From Candidatus Omnitrophota bacterium (GTDB lineage: Bacteria > Omnitrophota > Gorgyraeia > Gygaellales > Profunditerraquicolaceae): DNA of 64,000 nucleotides. The stretch's first letter is position 1. Each line of letters opens with the position of its first letter. Made by a program: the position numbers and the translations under genes. The notes under the pieces are model-generated. The model had not been told where the DNA came from. It saw only the letters and a list, made by a program, of their open reading frames with translations, and did not search any database. Positions 36,341 through 46,449 of the stretch are shown piece after piece. The stretch covers positions 291,682 through 355,681 of the forward strand of contig JBAZKL010000003.1 in the NCBI GenBank assembly GCA_041650835.1. Reading direction: 5' to 3'.

Positions 36341-36448
36341 GCTCTGACGGGCTCGGGAGGATTTGGGAAATAGGTGTCTGTGCTAACTCTGGCAGAGCAT
36401 AAATAATCATGGCATACTTAAATATTCGATGAAGCAGGGGGGCTTTCT

Positions 36449-36787
36449 ATGGAAAAAAAGAATTGTTGGGAAGTTAAAAAATGCGGCCGGGAGCCGGGTG
36501 GGGCTAAAGCGAAGGAATTAGGCGTCTGCCCCGCGGCGCTCGAATGCAGGGTCAACGGCGTTAATCGCGGTAAAAATGCCGGCAGGTGCTGCTGGGCGGT
36601 GGCGGGAACTTTTTGCGATGATAAAGTTTCGGGCTCTTTTGCCTCCAAAATGACCTCGTGCGTTAATTGTGAGTTCTTTAAAAAGGTTGTTGAAGAAGAA
36701 GGGCCGTGTTTAAAGACGACACGCGATATCTTGGAAAAGCTATACAGCCAAAAGAAAAGTGACGAAAAGAAATCGGTTGATTCTTGA
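36449..36787 (+). CDS. Small cysteine-rich protein with duplicated C-W-x(4-5)-C motifs (two-CW-like)
   Basis: 10 Cys in 112 aa, including NCWEVKKCG and CCWAVAGTFC; no signal peptide; acidic/lysine-rich tail. Confidence 0.45.
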   Translation: MEKKNCWEVKKCGREPGGAKAKELGVCPAALECRVNGVNRGKNAGRCCWAVAGTFCDDKVSGSFASKMTSCVNCEFFKKVVEEEGPCLKTTRDILEKLYSQKKSDEKKSVDS

Positions 36788-36867
36788 TTTCTAAAAGGAT
36801 ATAATAAAACAACTTTTGAAGGTTAATGTTTCGCCGGCTTGCCGGTAAAATTTGATCCTTAGATTTC

Positions 36868-36948
36868 GCGCGGGTGGTGGAATGGCAGACACGCAAGCAT
36901 GAGGGGCTTGTGCCGAGAGGTGTGGGGGTTCAACTCCCCCCCTGCGCA
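36868..36948 (+). tRNA. tRNA-Leu (anticodon GAG), type II
   Basis: Acceptor GCGCGGG/CCTGCGC, anticodon stem CAAGC/GCTTG with loop ATGAGGG (U33, G37), long variable arm, T-arm GGGGGTTCAACTCCCCC, discriminator A. Confidence 0.8.
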
Positions 36949-36951
36949 TTA

Positions 36952-37000
36952 AATAAAAGATCCCCGGTTCAATAAAATGAGCCGGGGATCTTTTATTTGT
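36952..37000. terminator. Bidirectional hairpin terminator AAAAGATCCCCGGTTCA...TGAGCCGGGGATCTTTTATTTG
   Basis: 14-bp perfect stem flanked by A-runs on one side and T-runs on the other, between tRNA-Leu (+) and the convergent GGDEF gene (-). Confidence 0.6.
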
Positions 37001-37001
37001 T

Positions 37002-37931
37002 TTAAGAGCTGCGCTTGTCTTTTACGTAATTGCTCCGCCCTATATTCTTGGCGTAGGATTTGAGCTCCGCGCCGATCTCCCCTATCTGCGCCACGTGCTC
37101 GATAGTGCGGAATTCGTTGGTGACCACTCCTATAGAGATCGACAGCAGCGTTACGTTCTGCGCTTTGCCCTGGCGGTCTTTAGCGATAATATAGCCGCGG
37201 GTACGGTCTGCCTCGTTATAAAAAGAAGGGACCGTTTTGTCGAAATCGTCAATGATCCTTTTGCAAATAGCGTCGGAGGTAGGTATCGAGGTGACGACGA
37301 TGAAATCGTCTCCGCCGATATGCCCGATAAAATCGTCGGGGTTGCCCACCGTTTGCACCGCTCGGATCAGGATGCGCGCGGTCTCTCTGATGACTTCATC
37401 CCCGTGTTCAAAGCCGTAGATGTCGTTATACGCCTTGAATTTATCCAGGTCGATATAACAGACCGCGAACGGCGCTTTGCTCGCCAGCTTCAGTGAAAAC
37501 TCGTTTAAAATAGAGACGTTGCCCGGCAGGCGGGTGAGGGGATTTGCTTCCAGGTCGATGGAGGTCCGCCGCAGGATCATGCGGATGTGCGCCATCAACT
37601 CTTTCGGCTCGAAAGGCTTGACGATATAATCATCGGCGCCCGCGTCGATACCGTCTAATTTGTCGGTAATATCGCCTTTTCCCGTTACCATGATGATAGG
37701 CAGATGCCGCAAGAGCAGGTCTTTTTTTATCAGGCGGCAGACTTCTCTTCCGTCCATGATCGGCATTTGGTAATCCAGTAAAACCAGGTCCGGAGATTTG
37801 GTGTGGATAGCTTTTAAGGCTTCTTCGCCGTTACCGGCCTCGGTGACATCGTAATTCTCCTCTGAAAGCGTAAGCTTCAGCACGTCCCTGATATCAGGGT
37901 CATCATCGACAATAAGTATTTTTATCGGCAT
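37002..37931 (-). CDS. Response regulator: receiver domain + GGDEF-type diguanylate cyclase domain (motif reads GGDDF)
   Basis: MPIKILIVDDDPDIRDVL receiver with a phospho-acceptor Asp, and a C-terminal GGDEF fold with HIGGDDFIVV. Confidence 0.85.
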   Translation of the reverse strand: MPIKILIVDDDPDIRDVLKLTLSEENYDVTEAGNGEEALKAIHTKSPDLVLLDYQMPIMDGREVCRLIKKDLLLRHLPIIMVTGKGDITDKLDGIDAGADDYIVKPFEPKELMAHIRMILRRTSIDLEANPLTRLPGNVSILNEFSLKLASKAPFAVCYIDLDKFKAYNDIYGFEHGDEVIRETARILIRAVQTVGNPDDFIGHIGGDDFIVVTSIPTSDAICKRIIDDFDKTVPSFYNEADRTRGYIIAKDRQGKAQNVTLLSISIGVVTNEFRTIEHVAQIGEIGAELKSYAKNIGRSNYVKDKRSS

Positions 37932-37959
37932 AGAATTATGGAACCCGTGGTTTTAGTTG

Positions 37960-39459
37960 TTATGCTGGCTGCGGCAACGTAAAAGAAAAAGTCGACCCCG
38001 CGCCCAGCTTGCTGCTGACCCAGATCTTTCCTTTGTGCGCCTCGATAATATGCTTTACCAGCGCCAGCCCCAGGCCGGTGCCTTTGACCTGCTGGTTGAT
38101 CAGGTTATCGACGCGGTAAAATTCTTCGAATATCGCCTTTTGCGCTTCTAAGGGGATCCCCGTCCCGGTATCGGTAATATCGATCTGTATATAATTGTTT
38201 TCAATTTTCTTGCAGGCCGCGGTGATCGAGCCTTGCGCGGGCGTGAACTTGATGGCGTTGTTGATGATATTGATGAATACCCGCTGTAACTGGTTGCGGT
38301 CCGCCAGGACCATAACGGTATCGTCGGATATCTTGTTGACGAGTTGGATCTGTTTTTCTTTTGACTGCACGCCGAGCAGGTCCATGACTTCATCGGCTGT
38401 TTTCTTTAAGTTCTGTTCTCCGAGCTTCATGGTGACCTTGCCCGATTCGATGCGCGATATGTCCAGGAGGTCGTTGACGAGCTGGACCAATTCGTCGCTG
38501 TGCCGGTTTATCTTTTCCATGCGGAGGTTGACTTCCGGCGGCAGGGCCCCGAGCTTGCCCGCCAGTAAAATGGAGGCGTATCCTTTGATCGAGGTCAGGG
38601 GGGTCCTGAGTTCGTGCGAAACGCTGGAGACAAAATCGGTTTTGCGCTGGCTGATGTTCTTTACTTCTTCCAACGCGTGGCTTAATTCGCGCGTGCGTTC
38701 TTCGACCCGTTTCTCGAGCTCCTGGTGGGCATGCCAGGTCTTTTCGAAGAGGCGGGCGTTTTCCAGAGATTGGCCGATCTGGTTCGCTAAGATCGATATC
38801 GACTCTTCGTCGCCTTCGTTGATCGTGGCTTCTTTATCGTTGATCCCGACAAAAAGGAACCCTTTGGCTCCGTCTTTCGGCAAGAGGGGGGCAATGACGA
38901 ACAAATTCGCTTTGAAAGCCGTCGGGAGCAGCTCCTGGAACGCTCCGATCTTCGACGATGTCAGGCAGGAAACGATCTTTTCGTTCTTAATGATCCCTAC
39001 GAATTCTCCCGTGTAGGCCGCCACGAAAGATTCAGCCGAATACATGTCCTGCTCTTGGTACCCCAGCGATAATTGCCTGGAAAAGCCTTTTCTTTCTTCG
39101 TCCCAAAGGAAGGCAAGCGCTTTTTCAAAGCCGAGGTCTTCCAGGTAGGAGGCGTCGATCCGTTCAAATATCTGGCTTTCTTCCAGCGTGGTGCTCATCT
39201 CCCGCGATAATTGCTGCAGCGCGTAAAGCCCGGTTATTTTTTTATCAAGTTCTTCCTGCGTCCTGTTCAATTCAAGGTCGGTGCGCACGACCAGCTTGGA
39301 CTGCTCGTCCATTTCCTCCAATGATTTATTTAATTTATCAACTTCTACCTGTAATTGCGCGGCCTTGTCGATCTTTAAAACAAGCAGGATGCTGATCGTG
39401 ACAATGGCCAGGATACTGATGAAGCCGCCGACATTCAATAATGTTTCGGGATTATACAT
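37960..39459 (-). CDS. Sensor histidine kinase (TM, coiled coil, GAF-like sensor, HisKA, HATPase_c)
   Basis: N-terminal TM helix, H-box SHELRTPLTSIKGY, and N/G-box region DTGTGIP...GTGLGLALVK. Confidence 0.85.
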   Translation of the reverse strand: MYNPETLLNVGGFISILAIVTISILLVLKIDKAAQLQVEVDKLNKSLEEMDEQSKLVVRTDLELNRTQEELDKKITGLYALQQLSREMSTTLEESQIFERIDASYLEDLGFEKALAFLWDEERKGFSRQLSLGYQEQDMYSAESFVAAYTGEFVGIIKNEKIVSCLTSSKIGAFQELLPTAFKANLFVIAPLLPKDGAKGFLFVGINDKEATINEGDEESISILANQIGQSLENARLFEKTWHAHQELEKRVEERTRELSHALEEVKNISQRKTDFVSSVSHELRTPLTSIKGYASILLAGKLGALPPEVNLRMEKINRHSDELVQLVNDLLDISRIESGKVTMKLGEQNLKKTADEVMDLLGVQSKEKQIQLVNKISDDTVMVLADRNQLQRVFINIINNAIKFTPAQGSITAACKKIENNYIQIDITDTGTGIPLEAQKAIFEEFYRVDNLINQQVKGTGLGLALVKHIIEAHKGKIWVSSKLGAGSTFSFTLPQPA

Positions 39460-39460
39460 A

Positions 39461-40669
39461 TTAACCGCCGATATTTAAGATGGTGATGCTTTGATTATGT
39501 AAATATACCTTCCCTAAATAATTCTCCGCCGTCAAGGGAGCGACCTCGCCGTGGGTATAAAGGCCTAAAATAGGAGTGTCTTGCCCGAAGCTCTTTTTTA
39601 TGATCTCCAGCTCTTGTTCTGCTTCGCGTTTGAGCAATAAATACCGCGACAGGGAGCTAAAGGCTATAATGAAATTCCGCTCGTTTTCTTTGCGATGCTC
39701 CGTCATAGGATTATAGATGCTTTTCTTGGAATCGTCAATGGCCTGGCGGGTCGCTTCCAGGCAGGTCTCTTTGGTGCTGATCATGATGCGCACCATGCTT
39801 CCCTGGGGCACGTCGCCCTGAAAGCGTAAAGAGCCGTCGTTATCCACGGAGAGCACGTTGCGTAATAAATATTCTTTTTCTCCGGGAAGGTATATCCCTA
39901 TGGGATAAAAAATAGAAATGTGTTTTAATTCGCGTTTTAGCTTTGCCAGGTTGTACCCCAGGTACGATTCGTAGAGTTGCGCGGCGGGGATATCGTCAAT
40001 GGTAACGACGATATTGCCCTGGGATAAGGTCACGGTATGCGGCTTTCCCAGTGGTTTCCAGCCGTGTTTTATGCCCATTCCGAAATTCAATTTCCCGCCC
40101 CAGAGCATCCCGACGCAGCCGTCGGAAAATATCTCCTGGTTGTAATAGAGGTTTGTTTTCACCTGGGTCAGATTATCGGCAGCCGAACCTCCGATAAAGG
40201 GGAAGCTTTTCCCCAGCTTTTCCTGGATCCCTGAAATGAGGTTGGCGCTTTCTTCGATGAGGGCGTCTGAAAAGATAACGCTGAAAGCCCGGCGCATATT
40301 CCCAAAACCCGTCAGCAGGTGGTCTCCCAGTTCCTGCCCCGCCGAGGAGCCCGATTTGCTCTTGATATTCTTGACGGCGGCCGTATGAATGTAGACCCCT
40401 TCGGGAAGGCTGATAAGCATTATTGCCAGCCCGTGCTTTAAAATGCCCTGGTTCGTCATGATAGCTTCTCCGCTGGACCCGATAAGGGGCACCCCCGGCA
40501 AGAGTCCGGAGATGGTTTTTAAAAGCGTAAAGCAGGAGAGGTCTATCGAGCTGAAGCATATTGCCAGGTCGATCTTTCTTTTGTTTAAACAGGATACTGC
40601 TTGTGAGGTTGCTTCTTTTGCGGCTTGCGTGGGGGTTTTTTCCAGACTTATGCCTAAGCCTATATTCAT
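39461..40669 (-). CDS. FIST-domain sensory protein (FIST_N + FIST_C)
   Basis: About 400 aa, soluble, with a Gly-rich organisation typical of FIST proteins; head of the FIST-HK-RR(GGDEF) operon. Assigned by overall resemblance only. Confidence 0.5.
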   Translation of the reverse strand: MNIGLGISLEKTPTQAAKEATSQAVSCLNKRKIDLAICFSSIDLSCFTLLKTISGLLPGVPLIGSSGEAIMTNQGILKHGLAIMLISLPEGVYIHTAAVKNIKSKSGSSAGQELGDHLLTGFGNMRRAFSVIFSDALIEESANLISGIQEKLGKSFPFIGGSAADNLTQVKTNLYYNQEIFSDGCVGMLWGGKLNFGMGIKHGWKPLGKPHTVTLSQGNIVVTIDDIPAAQLYESYLGYNLAKLKRELKHISIFYPIGIYLPGEKEYLLRNVLSVDNDGSLRFQGDVPQGSMVRIMISTKETCLEATRQAIDDSKKSIYNPMTEHRKENERNFIIAFSSLSRYLLLKREAEQELEIIKKSFGQDTPILGLYTHGEVAPLTAENYLGKVYLHNQSITILNIGG

Positions 40670-40835
40670 ATTCGTTAAGATCGTTTAGTTCGTTAATGCC
40701 GTTATTTTCGTTATATATGAACAACTTTCAGGCGGAGCTTTCAGAAATGGCCATAAAACAGTATATACTACCATAACTTGAGGGTCAATAAATTTATTGA
40801 CCAAATGCCGTCTTTATATTAGAATTATCACCTGC

Positions 40836-40913
40836 GGCCCCATCGTCTAGCCTGGCCTAGGACGAATGGTTCTCAGCCATTAAACACCGGTTCAAATCCG
40901 GTTGGGGCTACCA
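40836..40913 (+). tRNA. tRNA-Glu (anticodon CTC), CCA encoded
   Basis: GGCCCCATCGTCTAGCCTGGCCTAGGAC D-arm as in bacterial tRNA-Glu, anticodon loop TTCTCAG, T-arm CCGGTTCAAATCCGG, 3' ...GGGGCTACCA. Confidence 0.8.
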
Positions 40914-41257
40914 GTAATCTCTCTCTCGTTTCAAAAGGAGAGAGGCATAAAGCTCTGATTGATTTAGTTGATCAGGGCTTTTTCTTTCTCTTTACGTGTC
41001 AAAGAGTTAGGGCATTGTTTTCCGACGATGACGCTAGTTTTGAATACCATTCTCTTTTAGTGTATAAAATTTCTCCGAAAGTAGACGACTAATCTCCAAA
41101 TAAGCGCGATTTATCTCTGATTTGGCTTATTTTAGGACGCGTGTAGTAAATGGTTTTTTAGCGATTATTCGTTACTTTTGATTAAACAAATAACCATTTA
41201 CTAGGAATTGGCGGATATTTGGCTGGATTTATCTCTAGTAAATGGCGTGGTTATGGG

Positions 41258-42853
41258 CTAGTTTTGTCGAGATTTGAGGAGGCGATTCCAGATTTCTTGC
41301 TGCTTATTCCAGTCGACTTCTACGCTTACGTTGCGCAGCTTGTATTCAGGTATGTTGAATAGCGCTTTATCATTAGAGAGGAGTATTTCTTCTTGGATTT
41401 TTGACGATATGAGGAGCATATTTGCTATATGGCATATCCTTGCTGGGGTTATACCGATCCAGCCAGCGATTTCTTTCAAGGTACATTTTCTTTCGCGCGC
41501 CACTTGGTCTATCTGATGAGCTAAGATTAGATTCTGGCGTATAAGTGGTTCCTTGTTTATCTCGGCCTGCTGGCGATGGTAAGGTATATGCTTCAATTCA
41601 GCGAGCTTTAGCGTGAATTGGTGGCTCTTTTCGCCATTATGGGGCATTATTTCGAGGACTCCGTTAATCGCGTCATAATGTGCGACCTTGGCGATTGATT
41701 TGATTATTGGTATCTTTTCTTCTAAGGTTAGCGCTTCCCATCTATTGGCTTCAATACTTGGATCATTGGACATCATTCTTAAGAATTCCATAAACTTATT
41801 CTCGATCACTTGAGCGGAAACAAGACGCGTAGGGCAGTTTTTGTAGCCGCGTTTCTGGGCGTTCATACAAAGGTAGTAATGGTATTTATTGGCGCCTTTC
41901 TTGCTATAAATGTAATACATGGTACTGTCGCAGGCCTTACAGCGTAGGATGCTGTTTAGTAGGCCAGTGCTTGTTACTACGCCTGCAACCTTACGCTCTC
42001 GACGATTATTGGCTAGTATTTCTTGAGTTTTTTGGAATACGTCGTCCGGTATTATACGTTCCTGCTCACCTTGGTAAAGCACTCCAGCATGGTGGACTTT
42101 ACCGATATAAAATGGATTCTTAACTATCGTTTGGATACTCGTGCTTTTAAACTTTATGCCACCAGATTTTTTATTCTTCAGAGTTGCATAGCTTTTTGTT
42201 GTGTGATTCTTTTCATTAAGTACTATTGCTACTGAGAGAAGGGATCGCTTTTCAAGGTAAAGGCCGAATATTTCTTTTACAAGCTTTGCTTCCTTTGAGT
42301 TTATGACGAGTCTGCGGTTTATCTTGTCGATATCATAGCCTAAAGGTGGCCTACCGCCGACCCATTTGCCTTTCTTTTTGGAAGCGGCCATCTTATCGCG
42401 CGTGCGTTCACTTATGATTTCGCGCTCAAACTGGGCGAAGGAAAGGAGTATATTTAATGTCAGACGTCCCATAGAGGTAGTGGTATTAAAATGCTGCGTT
42501 ATTGAAACGAACGTTACGTTGTTTTGTTCAAAAGACTCTAAGAGCTGACTAAAGTCAAGCAGCGATCGCGATAACCTATCAACCTTATATACCACTACAC
42601 AGTTAATCTTGCCGTCTTTAATGTCAGCCATGAGCTTTTGCAGGGCAGGTCGCTCAGTATTCGCTCCTGTGTAGCCAGGATCATCATAACGTTCTGGCAA
42701 TGCTACCCAGCCTTCCGACTTTTGGCTTTGGATGTAGCTTTCAGCGGATTCGCGTTGGTTATCTAAAGACGTAAATTCCTGCGCTAGTCCTTCAGTAGTT
42801 GAGACGCGCGTATATATAGCACAGTTGATCTTTTTCTTTTCAGTTTTTTCCAT
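41258..42853 (-). CDS. Large serine recombinase (integrase)
   Basis: N-terminal resolvase catalytic domain (CAIYTRVSTTEG with the Ser nucleophile; VVVYKVDRLSRS), then a recombinase domain and a zinc-ribbon/coiled-coil C-terminus; 531 aa. Confidence 0.85.
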   Translation of the reverse strand: MEKTEKKKINCAIYTRVSTTEGLAQEFTSLDNQRESAESYIQSQKSEGWVALPERYDDPGYTGANTERPALQKLMADIKDGKINCVVVYKVDRLSRSLLDFSQLLESFEQNNVTFVSITQHFNTTTSMGRLTLNILLSFAQFEREIISERTRDKMAASKKKGKWVGGRPPLGYDIDKINRRLVINSKEAKLVKEIFGLYLEKRSLLSVAIVLNEKNHTTKSYATLKNKKSGGIKFKSTSIQTIVKNPFYIGKVHHAGVLYQGEQERIIPDDVFQKTQEILANNRRERKVAGVVTSTGLLNSILRCKACDSTMYYIYSKKGANKYHYYLCMNAQKRGYKNCPTRLVSAQVIENKFMEFLRMMSNDPSIEANRWEALTLEEKIPIIKSIAKVAHYDAINGVLEIMPHNGEKSHQFTLKLAELKHIPYHRQQAEINKEPLIRQNLILAHQIDQVARERKCTLKEIAGWIGITPARICHIANMLLISSKIQEEILLSNDKALFNIPEYKLRNVSVEVDWNKQQEIWNRLLKSRQN

Positions 42854-42861
42854 CAGCCCTC

Positions 42862-43305
42862 CTATAGATTAAAAAACAAGTAGCCATTCCAATGCGCTCC
42901 AGTTATCTCTTTGGCAATGGCGGATAAAGTCTTATAAATCTTTCCATTATACTCGAAACTTTTCTCAAGTACTTTTACTTGGCGCTTTGTGTTTTTATAT
43001 TCCTTAGTGATTACAGTCCCCGGAATAGGCAGACGCTTATCTTTGGCTGTAACCGGCAGACATGAAGCTGGCTTATCTGGCCTAAGGGCTTTATTATTGA
43101 TAGGATCGTATTCCTCAATAAGTGCTTTCAGTCGACTATTGGCTTTGGCTGATAGGCTGCCTTGTTCACGCTCCTGTAGTCTATAAGCAATCCTTCGCCA
43201 TAGATAGAGCCTATGTGTTCCGGCAGCATCCTCGTCGTAGAGTTCTTTGTACCGCCTTAGAAGCTCTTCAACAGGCGCGTTTTTAAGTGCCATTATCTCA
43301 TTCAT
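42862..43305 (-). CDS. Hypothetical protein co-oriented with the serine recombinase (DUF2924-like, possible directionality/accessory factor)
   Basis: 147 aa; the C-terminal ...YNGKIYKTLSAIAKEITGAHWNGYLFF resembles the small conserved proteins often found upstream of large serine recombinases. Assigned from memory only. Confidence 0.35.
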   Translation of the reverse strand: MNEIMALKNAPVEELLRRYKELYDEDAAGTHRLYLWRRIAYRLQEREQGSLSAKANSRLKALIEEYDPINNKALRPDKPASCLPVTAKDKRLPIPGTVITKEYKNTKRQVKVLEKSFEYNGKIYKTLSAIAKEITGAHWNGYLFFNL

Positions 43306-43431
43306 TTTGGTCTCCTTTCCTTAGGACAATAGGGCCATAGAATCAGAGATATATCAAGGGGAATAGAGAGGTATTTTTTCGATTGTGTAAGGTAGAGAAA
43401 AGCAGTATAATAAAATACAAATTGTTACATT

Positions 43432-43635
43432 TTGTATCTTGGAGAGTTAATGGGCAAAAAGATAGAGGTCTATACTGTAGAAGAAGTCGCAAGCGCTTTG
43501 AAATTACATCCATATACGATAAGAAGATTGAGCCGGGAAAAGAAAATCCCGGCTTTTAAATTTGGCGGCCAGTGGCGATTCCGAAAAGATGAAATTGATA
43601 AATGGTCGAAAAATCCGCAAGTAATTAATAAATAA
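43432..43635 (+). CDS. Excisionase-family HTH DNA-binding protein
   Basis: YTVEEVASALKLHPYTIRRLSREKKIPAFKFGGQWRF is an HTH_17/Xis-like signature. Confidence 0.6.
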   Translation: MYLGELMGKKIEVYTVEEVASALKLHPYTIRRLSREKKIPAFKFGGQWRFRKDEIDKWSKNPQVINK

Positions 43636-43637
43636 CT

Positions 43638-46433
43638 ATGACGCGTAGCGAAGCACAAACTAGACAGCAGATCATTGACCAGCGTCTTAAATTGGTTGGC
43701 TGGGATGTAAAAAATCCAACCCATGTCACCGAAGAGCTTGATATTTGGGTTGGTTTGCCCGATGGTGTTGCCGAGTCACAAACGCCATATCAAGGGCATC
43801 TATTTGCTGATTATGCGCTTCTTGGGCAAGACGGAAAGCCATTGGCTGTAGTTGAGGCAAAAAAGACTTCGGTTGAAGCTGAGAAAGGTAAAGAACAAGC
43901 GCGTATTTATACTGAAAAGATCCAGAAGACTACTGGTGGACCTATGCCGTTTGTGTTTTACACAAATGGTTATGACTTTTTTTTCTGGGATACTGAACGA
44001 TACCCTCCACGAAAAGTATATGGCTTTCCTTCACGAGCTGATTTAGATCGCATGCAATTCCTGCGCGACAATAGTAAAGTTTTATCCAGCGAACTTATTA
44101 ACCCGGCCATTGCGGGCAGGCCGTATCAGCTTCAAGCTATACGGGCAATGCTAGAAAATTTTGAACTCAAGCGTCGAAAGAGCTTGCTTGTTATGGCAAC
44201 TGGTACCGGTAAGACGCGGACTTGTATGGGATTGATTGATGTACTAATGCGTACAAATTGGGTTCAACGTGTTTTGTTTCTAGTAGATAGAATCGCTCTG
44301 CAGGAGCAAGCTCTCGATGCTTTCAAGGAGCATCTGCCTAATGCCCCGATTTGGCCCAAACAAGGGGAAGTTAAATTCGCGACAGATCGTCGGGTTTATG
44401 TTGCTACTTACCCGACTATGTTGAATATTATTGAGCAAGACAATTGTCAACTTACATCACATTTTTTCGATATGATTATTGCGGATGAAAGTCACCGGTC
44501 AATTTATAATGTTTATAAAAACATCTTTGATTATTTCGATACGATACAATTAGGACTTACCGCCACCCCCAAGGATCATGTTGACCATAACACTTTTAAA
44601 CTTTTTAACTGTGAAGAAGGTTTACCTACATTTGCATATTCATATGAAGAGGCTCTTAGTAATATTCCGCCCTATTTATCTGATTTTGAAGTCTTGAAAG
44701 TTAGAACAAAGTTTCAGCAGGAAGGCATAAACAGTAAGACAATAGCCGAGGCAGATAAGAAGCGGCTTCTTGCCGAAGGAAGCGATCCAGACGCCTTTAA
44801 TTTTGAAGGAACAGAATTAGAAAAGAAAATTTCGAATAAAGGGACTAATGCAGTTATTGTCCGCGAATTCATGGAAGAGTGTATTAAGGATCCCAATGGT
44901 GTCCTACCGGGTAAAACCATAATCTTCGCACTTTCTAAGAAGCACGCTTATCGCCTTTGTGAGGTTTTCGATGCTCTCTATCCTGAATACAAAGGTCGTC
45001 TGGCAGAAGTAATTATTTCAGATATCAAAGGAGTTCATGGTAAAGGTGGCATTCTTGATCGATTTAAGAATACCGATATGCCACGTGTAGCTATAAGCGT
45101 TGATATGCTTGATACTGGCATCGATATTCTCGAAGTGGTTAATCTCGTATTTGCCAAACCTGTCTTATCTTTCACGAAATTTTGGCAGATGATCGGACGT
45201 GGGACACGTATTTTAGACTCTGAAAAGATTAAGCCATGGTGTACCGAGAAGGAAAAATTTTTAATTATGGATTGTTGGGAGAATTTTGAGTATTTCAAGA
45301 TGAAACCTAAAGGCAAAGAAGAATCTCCGACAATCCCGCTTCCAGTGCGGCTTTTTGAATCCCGACTCAATAAATTATGGATCGCCCTCGAAGCAAAGGA
45401 AGATGAAATTGCAGAAAAGACAAAGAAGAAAATCCAGGACGATATTAAATCCTTACCACAAAATTCTGTTATTGTTCTCGACCACAAGGAATACTTAGAT
45501 CAGGTACAAGAGGAAGCATTTTGGAAGAAGTTATATTTTGGTGAGATTGACTATCTTCGTATTAATGTTGCGCCTGCCATGCGCGCTAAGTCAGACGCGG
45601 ATTTTAAAGCCATGCATTTCGAGTTAGACGTTGTGGACTTGGCAACAGCACACCTAGCTGGACGCGACGAACAATTTGAGGTATTGAAGGAAGGCATAAT
45701 TGAAACGGTCAGCGAGTTACCCTTAACCGTGAATATTGTCGCGCAGGAAAAGGCGTTTATCGAAAAAGTTCAGAGCAAGAATTTTTGGATAATATTCACT
45801 GATTTAGATCTGGATGAAATGGTAGCGCGCTTAGCGCCACTTATGAAGTTTCGCGAGCAGAATAAAATCAAACAAACCAAGGCTGATTTAATGGATTTAT
45901 TAACTGTTAAAGAGTATATCGAATTTGGCCCTGAGCATGAGCGGCTTACCATTGGTAAATATCGCCAGAAGGTTGAGGACGCAGTTCGTGAACTGATCAA
46001 ATCAAACGAGGTTTTGCAGAAGCTTCTTGCCGGAGATGACCTTTCGGAGGATGAAATCAGAAAATTGGCTGAGATTTTAGAAACCCAATACCCGAACGTT
46101 ACAGAATACATCTTGCGTGAGATTTACGATAATCGAAGCGCGAAGTTTATTCAGTTTATTAAGCACATTTTAGGGTTGGAACCACTAGGGACGTTTACCG
46201 AAACAGTTTCGATGGCGTTTGATGATTTTATCAGAAAACACAATAACTATACTCAACAACAAATCCAATTTTTGTTGACGTTAAAGACATTTATCCTGCA
46301 AAAGGGTAAAGTTGAAAAACGAGACTTAGTTAACGCCCCATTTACCCAATTGCATCCACAGGGTATTCGGGGGATTTTTCAATCGAATGAAATTAATGAG
46401 ATTCTAGCGTTGGCGCAGAAACTTGAGGGCTAA
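43638..46433 (+). CDS. hsdR: Type I restriction enzyme R subunit
   Basis: N-terminal SEAQTRQQIIDQRL...GW motif, DEAD/DEAH helicase motifs (MATGTGKT, DESH) and a C-terminal helical domain; 931 aa. Confidence 0.9.
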   Translation: MTRSEAQTRQQIIDQRLKLVGWDVKNPTHVTEELDIWVGLPDGVAESQTPYQGHLFADYALLGQDGKPLAVVEAKKTSVEAEKGKEQARIYTEKIQKTTGGPMPFVFYTNGYDFFFWDTERYPPRKVYGFPSRADLDRMQFLRDNSKVLSSELINPAIAGRPYQLQAIRAMLENFELKRRKSLLVMATGTGKTRTCMGLIDVLMRTNWVQRVLFLVDRIALQEQALDAFKEHLPNAPIWPKQGEVKFATDRRVYVATYPTMLNIIEQDNCQLTSHFFDMIIADESHRSIYNVYKNIFDYFDTIQLGLTATPKDHVDHNTFKLFNCEEGLPTFAYSYEEALSNIPPYLSDFEVLKVRTKFQQEGINSKTIAEADKKRLLAEGSDPDAFNFEGTELEKKISNKGTNAVIVREFMEECIKDPNGVLPGKTIIFALSKKHAYRLCEVFDALYPEYKGRLAEVIISDIKGVHGKGGILDRFKNTDMPRVAISVDMLDTGIDILEVVNLVFAKPVLSFTKFWQMIGRGTRILDSEKIKPWCTEKEKFLIMDCWENFEYFKMKPKGKEESPTIPLPVRLFESRLNKLWIALEAKEDEIAEKTKKKIQDDIKSLPQNSVIVLDHKEYLDQVQEEAFWKKLYFGEIDYLRINVAPAMRAKSDADFKAMHFELDVVDLATAHLAGRDEQFEVLKEGIIETVSELPLTVNIVAQEKAFIEKVQSKNFWIIFTDLDLDEMVARLAPLMKFREQNKIKQTKADLMDLLTVKEYIEFGPEHERLTIGKYRQKVEDAVRELIKSNEVLQKLLAGDDLSEDEIRKLAEILETQYPNVTEYILREIYDNRSAKFIQFIKHILGLEPLGTFTETVSMAFDDFIRKHNNYTQQQIQFLLTLKTFILQKGKVEKRDLVNAPFTQLHPQGIRGIFQSNEINEILALAQKLEG

Positions 46434-46449
46434 AATTTAAGGAGTAAAA

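Noticed and set aside
40173-40724. 183-aa minus-strand ORF overlapping the FIST gene in another frame
   Set aside because: Arg/Pro/Gly-rich product typical of an out-of-frame read through a GC-richer gene. The FIST frame gives a coherent 402-aa protein that ends next to the kinase gene.
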